Source: Escherichia coli
GTDB lineage: Bacteria > Pseudomonadota > Gammaproteobacteria > Enterobacterales > Enterobacteriaceae
Direction: 5' to 3' (one strand)
DNA length: 64,000 bases
Assembly: GCF_046105845.1 (NCBI RefSeq)
Contig: NZ_CP151004.1
The translations under genes and the position numbers were made by a program. Positions 34,158 through 44,935 of the stretch are shown piece after piece (position 1 is the stretch's first letter; every line of letters starts with the position of its first letter). The notes under the pieces were generated by a model that was given only the letters and a program-made list of their open reading frames with translations, was not told the DNA's origin and did no database searches.

Positions 34158-36011
34158 ATGAGACGATTTCTGACGACGCTGATGATACTCCTGGTCGTGC
34201 TGGTGGCCGGGTTATCTGCGTTAGTGTTGCTGGTGAATCCGAATGATTTCCGCGACTATATGGTCAAGCAAGTTGCTGCACGTAGCGGTTATCAATTGCA
34301 GCTCGACGGGCCACTGCGTTGGCACGTCTGGCCGCAGCTTAGTATCCTCTCCGGGCGAATGTCTCTCACCGCCCAGGGCGCGAGCCAGCCACTGGTTCGC
34401 GCCGACAACATGCGTCTGGACGTGGCGCTTTTACCACTACTGAGTCATCAACTGAGCGTTAAGCAGGTGATGCTAAAAGGGGCAGTGATCCAACTGACGC
34501 CGCAGACGGAAGCGGTGCGCAGTGAAGACGCTCCGGTTGCACCGCGCGACAATACCTTGCCGGATCTGTCAGACGATCGCGGATGGTCGTTTGATATATC
34601 CAGTCTTAAGGTGGCGGACAGCGTGCTGGTGTTCCAGCATGAAGATGACGAGCAGGTGACAATCCGCAATATCCGTCTGCAAATGGAACAAGATCCCCAA
34701 CATCGTGGCTCATTTGAGTTCTCCGGGCGGGTTAATCGCGATCAGCGCGATCTCACGATATCCCTTAACGGTACGGTAGATGCTTCTGATTATCCGCATG
34801 ATTTAACGGCGGCTATTGAACAAATTAACTGGCAGTTGCAGGGTGCAGATTTACCAAAACAAGGTATTCAGGGGCAGGGGAGTTTCCAGGCCCAGTGGCA
34901 GGAGTCACATAAACGCCTTTCATTTAACCAAATTAGTTTGACCGCCAATGACAGTACGCTGAGCGGGCAAGCACAGGTCACGCTGACAGAGCAACCGGAA
35001 TGGCAGCTGAGACTGCAATTTCCGCAACTGAATCTTGACAACCTCATCCCGCTTAATGAAACAGCGAACGGTGAAAACGGTGCCGCGCAGCAGGGGCAGA
35101 GCCAATCAACGTTGCCGCGCCCGGTCATTTCTTCGCGTATTGATGAACCGGCCTATCAGGGACTGCAAGGCTTTACGGCTGATATTTTGTTGCAGGCCAG
35201 TAACGTGCGCTGGCGCGGAATGAATTTTACAGATGTTGCCACGCAAATGACCAACAAGTCGGGTTTGCTGGAAATTACTCAACTGCAGGGCAAACTTAAC
35301 GGTGGACAGGTTTCACTGCCGGGCACGCTGGACGCGACATCAATAAATCCGCGGATAAACTTCCAGCCACGGCTGGAAAACGTTGAGATTGGTACCATTC
35401 TGAAGGCGTTTAACTATCCGATTTCGTTGACCGGAAAGATGTCACTGGCTGGTGATTTCTCCGGTGCTGACATAGATGCCGACGCATTCCGCCATAACTG
35501 GCAAGGACAGGCACATGTCGAAATGACCGACACGCGCATGGAAGGGATGAACTTCCAGCAGATGATTCAGCAAGCGGTAGAACGTAATGGTGGTGATGTG
35601 AAGGCCGCTGAAAACTTCGATAACGTAACGCGTCTTGACCGCTTTACCACCGATTTGACGTTGAAGGATGGCGTCGTGACGTTAAACGACATGCAAGGTC
35701 AATCGCCCATGCTGGCGCTTTCCGGGGCTGGTACGTTGAATCTGGCGGAGCAAACCTGTGACACCCAGTTTGATATTCGGGTCGTGGGGGGCTGGAACGG
35801 GGAAAGCAAACTGATTGATTTCCTCAAAGAAACGCCAGTACCGCTGCGGGTTTATGGCAACTGGCAGCAACTCAATTACAGTCTGCAAGTGGATCAGTTA
35901 CTGCGCAAACATCTACAGGACGAAGCGAAACGTCGCCTGAATGACTGGGCCGAGCGGAATAAAGATTCCCGCAATGGCAAAGATGTGAAGAAGTTGCTGG
36001 AGAAGATGTAG
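34158..36011 (+). CDS. asmA: Outer-membrane assembly protein AsmA
   Basis: 617-aa ORF with N-terminal TM anchor; recognised as AsmA. Confidence 0.9.
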   Translation: MRRFLTTLMILLVVLVAGLSALVLLVNPNDFRDYMVKQVAARSGYQLQLDGPLRWHVWPQLSILSGRMSLTAQGASQPLVRADNMRLDVALLPLLSHQLSVKQVMLKGAVIQLTPQTEAVRSEDAPVAPRDNTLPDLSDDRGWSFDISSLKVADSVLVFQHEDDEQVTIRNIRLQMEQDPQHRGSFEFSGRVNRDQRDLTISLNGTVDASDYPHDLTAAIEQINWQLQGADLPKQGIQGQGSFQAQWQESHKRLSFNQISLTANDSTLSGQAQVTLTEQPEWQLRLQFPQLNLDNLIPLNETANGENGAAQQGQSQSTLPRPVISSRIDEPAYQGLQGFTADILLQASNVRWRGMNFTDVATQMTNKSGLLEITQLQGKLNGGQVSLPGTLDATSINPRINFQPRLENVEIGTILKAFNYPISLTGKMSLAGDFSGADIDADAFRHNWQGQAHVEMTDTRMEGMNFQQMIQQAVERNGGDVKAAENFDNVTRLDRFTTDLTLKDGVVTLNDMQGQSPMLALSGAGTLNLAEQTCDTQFDIRVVGGWNGESKLIDFLKETPVPLRVYGNWQQLNYSLQVDQLLRKHLQDEAKRRLNDWAERNKDSRNGKDVKKLLEKM

Positions 36012-36031
36012 GTTACCAGGTGACCTGTCCT

Positions 36032-36069
36032 GTAGGCCTGATAAGACGCGTAAAGCGTCGCATCAGGCG
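36032..36069. repeat. REP element (gtaggcctgataagacgcgtaaagcgtcgcatcaggcg)
   Basis: Seen in sequence: canonical REP-type imperfect palindrome just after the asmA stop. Confidence 0.65.
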
Positions 36070-36169
36070 TTCGTGGCGGCACCATTATATTCTGAATATG
36101 TAAGATCGAAGGCTGTTCCGTTCACTTGATGTTCCTCGCTACTATGGAACGCTCAAGCCGGTGAACGTG

Positions 36170-36198
36170 CCAGGGTGGCTCAATCTCCACCACCCTGG
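36170..36198. other. Perfect 9-bp stem (ccagggtgg/ccaccctgg) with 11-nt loop in the asmA/yegH convergent spacer
   Basis: Seen in sequence; additional nested inverted repeats upstream (cgttcac...gtgaacg, 36119-36167). Confidence 0.4.
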
Positions 36199-36303
36199 CA
36201 ACCCGGACCCACACCCCCGCTGTGATGTCCGTTTACCACAGACAATGCTTCATTGCTGAAGTTGTAAGGCGTTACGCAGCATTGGGTAAAATGGCCGATA
36301 CCA

Positions 36304-37887
36304 TCACACCTCGTACTCTATCTCGCTATCCTTACGCAGCGGTATAATCTGCACCTTCTGCACGCGATGGCTTTCCACCTGCAACGTTTTAAGCAAATAA
36401 TCCCCCACCTGAACTTCTTCGCCAGGTTTTGGAATACGCTGCAAATATTCCATCAGCAGCCCGGCAATGGTGTGATATTCGCGTTTCTCATCCAGCGGTA
36501 GCGGCACATATTGCACCAGATCTTCCAGTGGCATATGACCATTCGCCGTCCAGGAACCGTCGGCGTTTTTCTGAATATCATGGCGGGCGTCGATCTCTTC
36601 CACTTCGTTCGGCAAGTTACCGGCAATAGTTTCCGTGACGTCACTTAATGTCACAATCCCTTCCACCGAGCCAAACTCATCCACTACAAAAGCAAAGTGC
36701 GTGCGGGCATTACGGAACTGCTCCAGGGCAGGTAACAACGGCAAGGTTTCCGGGAACACCAGCGGCTGGCGAATCAACACCCGCAGGTTGAGCGGTTCGC
36801 CGCGCAGTGACTGTTGTAACAGGTCGATAACGTGAACAACACCGAGCAAATCTTCTGCGTCATCACCGTCGGTAACCACCAGCCGCGTATGCTGATTTCG
36901 CTCCAGCAACTGGCGGATTTCTTCTTCCGGCGCGTTGAGATCGATATGCTCAATATCGTGGCGCGACGTCATAATGCTGCTGACGGTACGCTGATTAAGA
37001 TTAAGTACCCGCTCAATCATCCGCCGTTCCTGCGGATTAAAGATCTGCTGGTTACCATGATCCACCAGCATGGACGCGGTTTCGGCGTCCAGTTCCGCAT
37101 CTTCTTTTTGCCCGCTAAGCAGGCGCATTACCGCTTCGGTAGTCCGCTGGCGCAGTGTCTGGTTAGCGGAAAGAAAACGTCGACGGTTAAAGATAGCCAA
37201 CTGATTGAGCGCCTCGATCATCACCGAGAAACCAATGGCAGCGTACAGGTAGCCTTTCGGAATGACGAAGCCGAAACCTTCTGCCACCAGGCTAAAGCCA
37301 ATCATCAACAGGAAGCTTAAGCAGAGAATAACGATGGTCGGGTGACTGTTAACAAATTGCGTTAACGGCTTGCTGGCCATCAACATCAGGCTGATAGCGA
37401 TAACCACGGCGGCCATCATGACCAGTAAATGGTCGACCATCCCGACGGCGGTAATCACTGAGTCGAGTGAGAAGATGGCGTCCAGTACCACAATTTGTGT
37501 CACCACCCCCCAGAACTTCGCACCTTTGCGTTGCGTGGGGTTATTGCTGTCTTTCCCTTCCAGCCGTTCGTTCAGCTCCATCGTGGCTTTGAACAGCAGG
37601 AAGAAACCACCAAACAGCATGATTAAGTCGCGGGCGCTAAAGGTAAACGAGCGAAAGCTGAATAGCGGTTGTGTCAGGGTGACCAGCCAGGAGATTGACG
37701 CCAGCAGTAACAGGCGCATTAACATCGCCAGCAGCAGCCCGGTAACCCGTGCGCGGTCGCGCTGCTTCGGCGGTAGTTTTTCGGCGAGGATGGCAATAAA
37801 GACCAGGTTATCAATGCCGAGGACCAGTTCGATCACAATCAGCGTGATTAACCCGGCCCAGATAGACGGATCGGCAATCCATTCCAT
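36304..37887 (-). CDS. yegH: TerC-family integral membrane protein with C-terminal CBS and CorC/HlyC transporter-associated domains
   Basis: ORF track extends to 37953; likely start is the ATG at 37887 ([16 protein letters not shown]...), giving 527 aa. Confidence 0.85.
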   Translation of the reverse strand: MEWIADPSIWAGLITLIVIELVLGIDNLVFIAILAEKLPPKQRDRARVTGLLLAMLMRLLLLASISWLVTLTQPLFSFRSFTFSARDLIMLFGGFFLLFKATMELNERLEGKDSNNPTQRKGAKFWGVVTQIVVLDAIFSLDSVITAVGMVDHLLVMMAAVVIAISLMLMASKPLTQFVNSHPTIVILCLSFLLMIGFSLVAEGFGFVIPKGYLYAAIGFSVMIEALNQLAIFNRRRFLSANQTLRQRTTEAVMRLLSGQKEDAELDAETASMLVDHGNQQIFNPQERRMIERVLNLNQRTVSSIMTSRHDIEHIDLNAPEEEIRQLLERNQHTRLVVTDGDDAEDLLGVVHVIDLLQQSLRGEPLNLRVLIRQPLVFPETLPLLPALEQFRNARTHFAFVVDEFGSVEGIVTLSDVTETIAGNLPNEVEEIDARHDIQKNADGSWTANGHMPLEDLVQYVPLPLDEKREYHTIAGLLMEYLQRIPKPGEEVQVGDYLLKTLQVESHRVQKVQIIPLRKDSEIEYEV

Positions 37888-38048
37888 AGTAAGTACAAAA
37901 CCTATTCGTTGTATGACAAATGTCACAATTCGATCATGGATAAATCGGGGCAAAAATGCAATGTTGCAGCACTATTTATCTCATATTATTTGAGGTTTAT
38001 AACCTCACATTATCCCTGAATTAAAAGTGGTAATAATAAAACATTATT

Positions 38049-38062
38049 TAAGAAATATCGCA
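38049..38062 (+). promoter_or_regulatory. Candidate RcsAB box (TAAGAAATATCGCA) upstream of the colanic-acid operon
   Basis: Seen in sequence; partial match to the RcsAB consensus TaAGaatatTCctA, about 490 bp upstream of the wza ATG. Assignment is tentative. Confidence 0.35.
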
Positions 38063-38327
38063 TGTGGAGACACTATATTAAATATTGTCAACCTAAAGAA
38101 ACTCCTAAAAACCATATTGAATGACACTTAATATAATTCTTAAAAATAGCCAATTGCCGAATTGTTACCTTGCCTGCTATTCCGTTAGCTGTAACACTTC
38201 CTCCTGCATTATTGGAGAGCCAATATTCAATTACCATAATGTCACCTTATATTCGGAAGTTAATTTCCGCAATAACCCTTTCTCATCAACGACTGCATGC
38301 TGAGAGGGTGTAAAAACTAAACTAAAT

Positions 38328-38366
38328 CAGTGTATTGGTAGCTAAAAAGCCAGGGGCGGTAGCGTG
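38328..38366 (+). promoter_or_regulatory. JUMPStart element with ops site (GGCGGTAGCGTG at 38355-38366) in the wza 5' leader; RfaH recruitment site
   Basis: Seen in sequence: cagtgtattggtagctaaaaagccaggggcggtagcgtg. The ops core matches GGCGGTAGnnTG exactly, and the 3' end of the element is shared with the rfb JUMPStart at 62406-62444. Confidence 0.8.
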
Positions 38367-38544
38367 TCTGGATGCCTGAAAGACCAGTCTGAATTATTCT
38401 GTCAATAGCCTGCGGATGAAATCAATTTTTTTAGGACTGATGCCAGTTAAATTTTTATTCAATTAACTGCAAGGTAAATGTGCATGGCGACATTGCTATT
38501 AATAGTGCACAGGATAATTACTCTGCCAAAGTGATAAATAAACA

Positions 38545-39684
38545 ATGATGAAATCCAAAATGAAATTGATGCCATTATTGGTGTCAGTAACCTTGATAAG
38601 CGGTTGCACAGTACTTCCGGGCAGCAATATGTCGACGATGGGTAAAGACGTCATCAAACAGCAGGACGCTGATTTCGATCTCGACAAAATGGTGAATGTT
38701 TATCCGTTGACCCCGCGCCTGATTGATCAATTACGACCACGCCCGAATGTAGCGCGCCCCAATATGACGCTGGAAAGTGAGATCGCGAATTATCAGTATC
38801 GCGTCGGGCCGGGGGACGTTCTTAATGTCACCGTCTGGGATCACCCGGAACTCACCACGCCAGCCGGTCAGTACCGCAGCTCCAGCGACGCCGGCAACTG
38901 GGTACAGCCTGACGGCACTATGTTTTACCCGTATATCGGCAAGGTTCACGTCGTGGGGAAAACGCTCGCTGAAATCCGCAGTGATATTACCGGGCGCTTA
39001 GCGACGTACATCGCTGACCCGCAGGTGGACGTTAATATCGCCGCCTTCCGCTCGCAAAAAGCCTATATCTCCGGTCAGGTGAATAAATCCGGTCAACAGG
39101 CCATCACCAACGTGCCACTGACCATTCTTGATGCCATCAACGCCGCAGGTGGCCTGACCGACACCGCTGACTGGCGCAACGTAGTGCTAACACACAATGG
39201 TCGTGAAGAGCGCATTTCTTTGCAGGCGCTGATGCAAAACGGCGACCTCAATCAGAACCGACTGCTTTACCCCGGCGATATTCTCTACGTGCCGCGTAAT
39301 GATGATCTGAAAGTGTTTGTGATGGGTGAAGTGAAGAAACAGAGCACCCTGAAAATGGACTTTAGCGGCATGACCCTGACTGAAGCCCTTGGTAATGCTG
39401 AAGGCATCGACATGACCACCTCCAACGCCAGCGGCATCTTTGTCATTCGTCCGCTGAAAGGCGAGGGTGGGCGTAACGGCAAGATTGCCAATATCTACCA
39501 GCTGGATATGTCCGATGCCACGTCGCTGGTGATGGCGACAGAATTCCGCCTGCAACCTTATGACGTGGTGTATGTCACCACCGCCCCGGTTTCCCGCTGG
39601 AATCGTCTGATCAATCAGTTGCTGCCAACTATTAGCGGTGTCCGTTACATGACGGATACAGCCAGCGACATTCATAACTGGTAA
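38545..39684 (+). CDS. wza: Outer-membrane polysaccharide export lipoprotein (OPX family)
   Basis: 379-aa ORF with lipoprotein signal (LISGC). Confidence 0.93.
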   Translation: MMKSKMKLMPLLVSVTLISGCTVLPGSNMSTMGKDVIKQQDADFDLDKMVNVYPLTPRLIDQLRPRPNVARPNMTLESEIANYQYRVGPGDVLNVTVWDHPELTTPAGQYRSSSDAGNWVQPDGTMFYPYIGKVHVVGKTLAEIRSDITGRLATYIADPQVDVNIAAFRSQKAYISGQVNKSGQQAITNVPLTILDAINAAGGLTDTADWRNVVLTHNGREERISLQALMQNGDLNQNRLLYPGDILYVPRNDDLKVFVMGEVKKQSTLKMDFSGMTLTEALGNAEGIDMTTSNASGIFVIRPLKGEGGRNGKIANIYQLDMSDATSLVMATEFRLQPYDVVYVTTAPVSRWNRLINQLLPTISGVRYMTDTASDIHNW

Positions 39685-39689
39685 TCGTC

Positions 39690-40133
39690 ATGTTTAACAA
39701 CATCTTAGTTGTCTGTGTCGGCAATATTTGCCGTTCCCCGACGGCGGAACGCTTACTGCAACGTTATCACCCGGAGCTGAAAGTGGAGTCCGCTGGACTC
39801 GGCGCGCTGGTCGGTAAGGGCGCTGACCCTACTGCTATCAGCGTCGCCGCAGAACATCAACTGTCTCTGGAAGGTCACTGTGCACGGCAAATCAGCCGTC
39901 GCCTGTGTCGCAACTACGACCTGATTTTGACCATGGAAAAGCGCCATATCGAACGCTTATGCGAGATGGCACCCGAGATGCGCGGCAAAGTGATGCTGTT
40001 TGGTCACTGGGATAACGAATGTGAAATCCCCGATCCGTATCGCAAAAGCCGGGAAACGTTTGCAGCGGTGTACACATTACTTGAACGGTCTGCCCGCCAG
40101 TGGGCGCAGGCATTGAACGCAGAGCAGGTATAA
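39690..40133 (+). CDS. wzb: Low-molecular-weight protein-tyrosine phosphatase
   Basis: 147-aa ORF with CX5R P-loop (VCVGNICRSP). Confidence 0.93.
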   Translation: MFNNILVVCVGNICRSPTAERLLQRYHPELKVESAGLGALVGKGADPTAISVAAEHQLSLEGHCARQISRRLCRNYDLILTMEKRHIERLCEMAPEMRGKVMLFGHWDNECEIPDPYRKSRETFAAVYTLLERSARQWAQALNAEQV

Positions 40134-40135
40134 GA

Positions 40136-42298
40136 ATGACAGAAAAAGTAAAACAACATGCCGCTCCGGTAACGGGCAGTGATGAAATCGATATTGGTCG
40201 CCTGGTCGGCACCGTCATTGAAGCGCGCTGGTGGGTGATTGGCATCACCGCCGTATTTGCCCTCTGTGCCGTGGTTTACACCTTCTTCGCCACGCCGATT
40301 TATAGTGCCGACGCACTGGTACAAATCGAGCAAAACAGCGGCAATTCGTTAGTGCAGGACATTGGTTCGGCATTAGCCAACAAACCGCCAGCATCGGACG
40401 CCGAGATCCAGTTGATTCGTTCGCGTCTGGTGCTTGGTAAAACGGTGGACGATCTCGACCTCGATATTGCGGTGAGCAAAAACACGTTCCCGATTTTCGG
40501 TGCGGGCTGGGATCGCCTGATGGGACGTCAGAACGAGACGGTGAAAGTGACCACCTTTAACCGCCCGAAAGAGATGGTGGATCAGGTGTTTACGCTTAAT
40601 GTGCTTGATGACAAAAACTACACCCTGAGCACTGATGGCGGCTTTAGCGCCCGTGGGCAAGCGGGCCAGATGCTGAAAAAAGAAGGCGTCACGCTGATGG
40701 TTGAAGCCATTCACGCCAGCCCGGGGAGTGAGTTTACCGTCACCAAATACTCCACGCTGGGGATGATCAACCAACTGCAAAACAGCCTGACGGTAACGGA
40801 GAACGGCAAAGACGCAGGCGTACTGAGCCTGACTTATACCGGTGAAGATCGTGAACAGATCCGCGACATTCTTAACAGCATCGCTCGTAACTATCAGGAA
40901 CAAAATATTGAGCGCAAATCGGCGGAAGCGTCGAAAAGCCTCGCTTTCCTCGCGCAACAGTTACCGGAAGTACGTAGCCGCCTTGATGTTGCCGAAAACA
41001 AACTGAATGCCTTCCGTCAGGATAAAGATTCTGTTGATCTGCCGCTGGAAGCGAAAGCGGTGCTCGATTCGATGGTGAACATCGACGCGCAGTTGAACGA
41101 ACTGACCTTTAAAGAAGCGGAAATCTCCAAGCTATACACCAAAGTTCACCCGGCGTATCGCACGCTGCTGGAGAAACGGCAGGCGCTGGAAGACGAAAAA
41201 GCCAAACTTAATGGTCGCGTAACGGCGATGCCGAAAACCCAGCAGGAAATTGTCCGTCTGACCCGCGATGTCGAGTCTGGGCAGCAGGTCTATATGCAAC
41301 TGCTGAATAAAGAACAGGAGCTGAAAATCACCGAAGCCAGCACCGTCGGCGATGTGCGCATTGTTGACCCGGCAATCACCCAGCCTGGTGTGCTGAAACC
41401 GAAGAAAGGGCTGATTATCCTCGGGGCGATTATCCTCGGCCTGATGCTCTCTATCGTGGGTGTGCTGCTGCGCTCTTTGTTCAATCGCGGCATTGAAAGC
41501 CCGCAGGTGCTGGAGGAACATGGCATCAGCGTCTATGCCAGCATCCCGCTGTCGGAGTGGCAGAAAGCGCGCGATAGCGTCAAAACCATCAAAGGGGTTA
41601 AACGCTATAAACAGAGCCAGCTACTGGCGGTGGGGAATCCAACCGATCTGGCGATTGAAGCCATCCGTAGTCTGCGTACCAGTCTGCACTTCGCGATGAT
41701 GCAGGCACAGAACAATGTGTTGATGATGACCGGGGTTAGCCCGTCAATCGGTAAAACCTTTGTCTGCGCCAACCTGGCGGCGGTGATCAGCCAGACCAAT
41801 AAACGGGTGTTGTTGATCGACTGCGATATGCGCAAAGGCTACACCCACGAGCTGTTGGGCACCAATAACGTCAATGGCCTGTCGGAAATTCTGATTGGTC
41901 AGGGCGATATTACTACCGCTGCTAAACCGACCTCTATTGCCAAATTTGACCTGATCCCGCGCGGTCAGGTACCGCCAAATCCTTCTGAACTGTTGATGAG
42001 CGAACGCTTTGCCGAACTGGTGAACTGGGCGAGTAAAAACTACGACCTGGTGTTGATTGATACGCCGCCGATTCTGGCAGTGACCGATGCGGCAATTGTT
42101 GGTCGTCATGTCGGAACCACGTTAATGGTGGCGCGTTATGCGGTCAACACATTGAAAGAAGTGGAAACCAGTCTGAGCCGCTTTGAGCAAAACGGTATTC
42201 CGGTGAAAGGGGTGATTCTGAACTCCATCTTCCGCCGCGCCAGCGCGTATCAGGATTATGGCTATTACGAATACGAATATAAGTCGGATGCGAAATAA
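40136..42298 (+). CDS. wzc: Tyrosine autokinase / polysaccharide co-polymerase (PCP-2a)
   Basis: ORF track starts at 40100; start set at the ATG at 40136 (MTEKVKQHAAP). Walker A motif (GVSPSIGKT) and C-terminal Tyr-rich cluster (YQDYGYYEYEY). Confidence 0.92.
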   Translation: MTEKVKQHAAPVTGSDEIDIGRLVGTVIEARWWVIGITAVFALCAVVYTFFATPIYSADALVQIEQNSGNSLVQDIGSALANKPPASDAEIQLIRSRLVLGKTVDDLDLDIAVSKNTFPIFGAGWDRLMGRQNETVKVTTFNRPKEMVDQVFTLNVLDDKNYTLSTDGGFSARGQAGQMLKKEGVTLMVEAIHASPGSEFTVTKYSTLGMINQLQNSLTVTENGKDAGVLSLTYTGEDREQIRDILNSIARNYQEQNIERKSAEASKSLAFLAQQLPEVRSRLDVAENKLNAFRQDKDSVDLPLEAKAVLDSMVNIDAQLNELTFKEAEISKLYTKVHPAYRTLLEKRQALEDEKAKLNGRVTAMPKTQQEIVRLTRDVESGQQVYMQLLNKEQELKITEASTVGDVRIVDPAITQPGVLKPKKGLIILGAIILGLMLSIVGVLLRSLFNRGIESPQVLEEHGISVYASIPLSEWQKARDSVKTIKGVKRYKQSQLLAVGNPTDLAIEAIRSLRTSLHFAMMQAQNNVLMMTGVSPSIGKTFVCANLAAVISQTNKRVLLIDCDMRKGYTHELLGTNNVNGLSEILIGQGDITTAAKPTSIAKFDLIPRGQVPPNPSELLMSERFAELVNWASKNYDLVLIDTPPILAVTDAAIVGRHVGTTLMVARYAVNTLKEVETSLSRFEQNGIPVKGVILNSIFRRASAYQDYGYYEYEYKSDAK

Positions 42299-42390
42299 CG
42301 ACGCCTGCATTCGCACCGCCCCGTAGGCCGGATAAGGCGTTCACGCCGCATCCGGCAAGCAAACCAGCTCATAAGTCGGGAGAACAACCT

Positions 42391-43230
42391 ATGAAAGACA
42401 ATCCGCTGATCTCAATCTATATGCCGACCTGGAATCGCCAACAACTGGCGATTCGGGCGATAAAATCGGTCCTGCGCCAGGACTACAGTAACTGGGAGAT
42501 GATCATCGTGGATGATTGCTCCACCTCCTGGGAACAGCTGCAACAGTACGTCAGCGCCCTCAACGATCCGCGTATCACCTACATTCACAACGACATTAAC
42601 AGCGGGGCGTGCGCGGTACGTAACCAGGCGATTATGCTGGCGCAAGGGGAATACATCACCGGGATCGATGATGATGATGAATGGACACCCAACCGCCTGA
42701 GCGTCTTCCTCGCCCATAAACAGCAACTGGTCACACACGCCTTTTTGTACGCTAACGACTACGTTTGCCAGGGCGAAGTCTATTCCCAACCGGCAAGTTT
42801 GCCGCTGTATCCCAAATCGCCGTATTCACGCCGCCTGTTCTACAAACGCAATATCATTGGCAATCAGGTCTTTACCTGGGCGTGGCGTTTCAAAGAGTGT
42901 TTGTTCGATACCGAACTGAAAGCGGCACAGGATTACGACATCTTCCTGCGGATGGTGGTGGAGTACGGCGAACCGTGGAAAGTGGAAGAGGCGACGCAGA
43001 TCCTGCATATCAATCACGGCGAAATGCAGATCACCTCGTCACCGAAAAAATTCTCCGGATACTTCCACTTTTACCGCAAGCACAAAGACAAATTTGACCG
43101 CGCCAGCAAAAAATATCAGCTGTTTACCCTCTACCAGATCCGCAATAAAAGTATGACCTGGCGCACTTTGCTGACGCTGCTGTCGGTGCGTAACGGCAAA
43201 CGTCTGGCTGATGGTATTCGGGGGCGCTAA
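42391..43230 (+). CDS. wcaA: Colanic acid biosynthesis glycosyltransferase (GT2)
   Basis: 279-aa ORF; cluster position. Confidence 0.9.
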   Translation: MKDNPLISIYMPTWNRQQLAIRAIKSVLRQDYSNWEMIIVDDCSTSWEQLQQYVSALNDPRITYIHNDINSGACAVRNQAIMLAQGEYITGIDDDDEWTPNRLSVFLAHKQQLVTHAFLYANDYVCQGEVYSQPASLPLYPKSPYSRRLFYKRNIIGNQVFTWAWRFKECLFDTELKAAQDYDIFLRMVVEYGEPWKVEEATQILHINHGEMQITSSPKKFSGYFHFYRKHKDKFDRASKKYQLFTLYQIRNKSMTWRTLLTLLSVRNGKRLADGIRGR

Positions 43231-43232
43231 AG

Positions 43233-43721
43233 ATGCTGGAAGATCTGCGCGCCAACAGCTGGAGTTTACGCCCGTGCTGCATGGTTCTTGCCTATCGCGT
43301 CGCTCATTTTTGTTCGGTGTGGCGCAAAAAGAACGTCCTCAACAATATTTGGGCGGCCCCGCTGCTGGTGCTGTATCGCATTATCACCGAAGGCTTTTTC
43401 GGTTATGAAATCCAGGCTGCCGCGACCATTGGCCGCCGCTTTACTATCCATCACGGTTACGCCGTAGTGATCAATAAAAACGTGGTAGCGGGGGATGATT
43501 TCACCATTCGCCACGGCGTCACTATCGGCAATCGTGGTGCCGATAACATGGCATGTCCACACATTGGCAACGGCGTCGAGCTCGGTGCCAACGTCATTAT
43601 TCTTGGTGATATCACGCTTGGTAACAACGTCACCGTGGGCGCGGGCAGCGTGGTGCTCGACTCTGTCCCGGACAACGCGCTGGTGGTGGGAGAAAAAGCG
43701 CGAGTGAAGGTAATTAAATGA
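43233..43721 (+). CDS. wcaB: Colanic acid biosynthesis acetyltransferase (hexapeptide-repeat)
   Basis: 162-aa ORF with left-handed beta-helix repeats. Confidence 0.9.
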   Translation: MLEDLRANSWSLRPCCMVLAYRVAHFCSVWRKKNVLNNIWAAPLLVLYRIITEGFFGYEIQAAATIGRRFTIHHGYAVVINKNVVAGDDFTIRHGVTIGNRGADNMACPHIGNGVELGANVIILGDITLGNNVTVGAGSVVLDSVPDNALVVGEKARVKVIK

Positions 43722-44935
43722 ATATTCTGCAATTTAATGTGCGATTGGCGGAAGGCGGGGCGGCAGGTGTGGCGTTAGATCTCCACCAGCGTGCGCTGCA
43801 ACAGGGGCTGGCGTCACATTTTGTCTACGGTTACGGCAAAGGCGGCAAAGAGAGCGTCAGCCATCAGAACTATCCGCAGGTCATCAAACATACGCCGCGG
43901 ATGACCGCGATGGCGAACATTGCCCTGTTTCGTCTGTTTAATCGCGATCTGTTTGGCAATTTCAATGAGTTATATCGCATCATTACTCGCACAGCGGGTC
44001 CGGTGGTCCTGCATTTTCATGTGCTGCACAGCTACTGGCTAAATCTTAAGAGCGTGGTGCGCTTTTGCGAAAAAGTGAAATACCATAAACCGGATGTCAC
44101 TCTGGTCTGGACGCTGCACGACCACTGGAGCGTTACCGGACGCTGCGCCTTTACCGACGGTTGTGAAGGCTGGAAAAAGGGCTGCCAGAAATGCCCGACC
44201 TTAAATAATTATCCGCCGGTGAAGATTGATCGCGCGCACCAACTGGTGGCGGGCAAACGCCAGTTATTCCGCGAGATGCTGGCACTGGGCTGTCAGTTTA
44301 TTTCCCCCAGCCAGCATGTGGCTGATGCTTTCAATAGTCTGTACGGTCCAGGGCGTTGCCGGATTATCAATAATGGCATTGATATGGCAACCGAAGCGAT
44401 TCTGGCGGATCTGCCTCCGGTGCGCGAAACTCAGGGCAAGCCGAAAATCGCGGTGGTAGCGCATGACCTGCGTTACGACGGCAAGACTAACCAGCAACTG
44501 GTGCGTGAGATGATGGCGCTGGGCGACAAAATCGAACTGCATACCTTTGGTAAGTTCTCGCCGTTCACCGCTGGCAACGTGGTTAATCACGGCTTTGAAA
44601 CTGACAAGCGCAAGTTGATGAGCGCGCTCAATCAGATGGATGCGCTGGTATTCAGTTCTCGCGTCGATAACTACCCGCTAATTTTGTGTGAGGCGCTATC
44701 GATTGGCGTGCCGGTGATTGCCACCCATAGCGACGCGGCGCGGGAAGTGCTGCAAAAATCCGGCGGTAAAACCGTCAGTGAAGAAGACGTGCTGCAACTG
44801 GTCCAGTTAAGCAAACCGGAAATCGCGCAGGCGGTATTTGGTACCACGCTGGCTGAGTTCAGCCAACGCAGCCGTGCCGCCTACAGTGGACAACAGATGC
44901 TGGAGGAGTATGTCAACTTCTATCAGAATCTGTAG
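43718..44935 (+). CDS. wcaC: Colanic acid biosynthesis glycosyltransferase (GT1/GT4)
   Basis: 405-aa ORF; start overlaps the wcaB stop. Confidence 0.9.
   Translation: MNILQFNVRLAEGGAAGVALDLHQRALQQGLASHFVYGYGKGGKESVSHQNYPQVIKHTPRMTAMANIALFRLFNRDLFGNFNELYRIITRTAGPVVLHFHVLHSYWLNLKSVVRFCEKVKYHKPDVTLVWTLHDHWSVTGRCAFTDGCEGWKKGCQKCPTLNNYPPVKIDRAHQLVAGKRQLFREMLALGCQFISPSQHVADAFNSLYGPGRCRIINNGIDMATEAILADLPPVRETQGKPKIAVVAHDLRYDGKTNQQLVREMMALGDKIELHTFGKFSPFTAGNVVNHGFETDKRKLMSALNQMDALVFSSRVDNYPLILCEALSIGVPVIATHSDAAREVLQKSGGKTVSEEDVLQLVQLSKPEIAQAVFGTTLAEFSQRSRAAYSGQQMLEEYVNFYQNL

Noticed and set aside
37370-37993. 207-aa ORF on the + strand
   Set aside because: Antisense to yegH; Ser/Ile-rich low-complexity translation.
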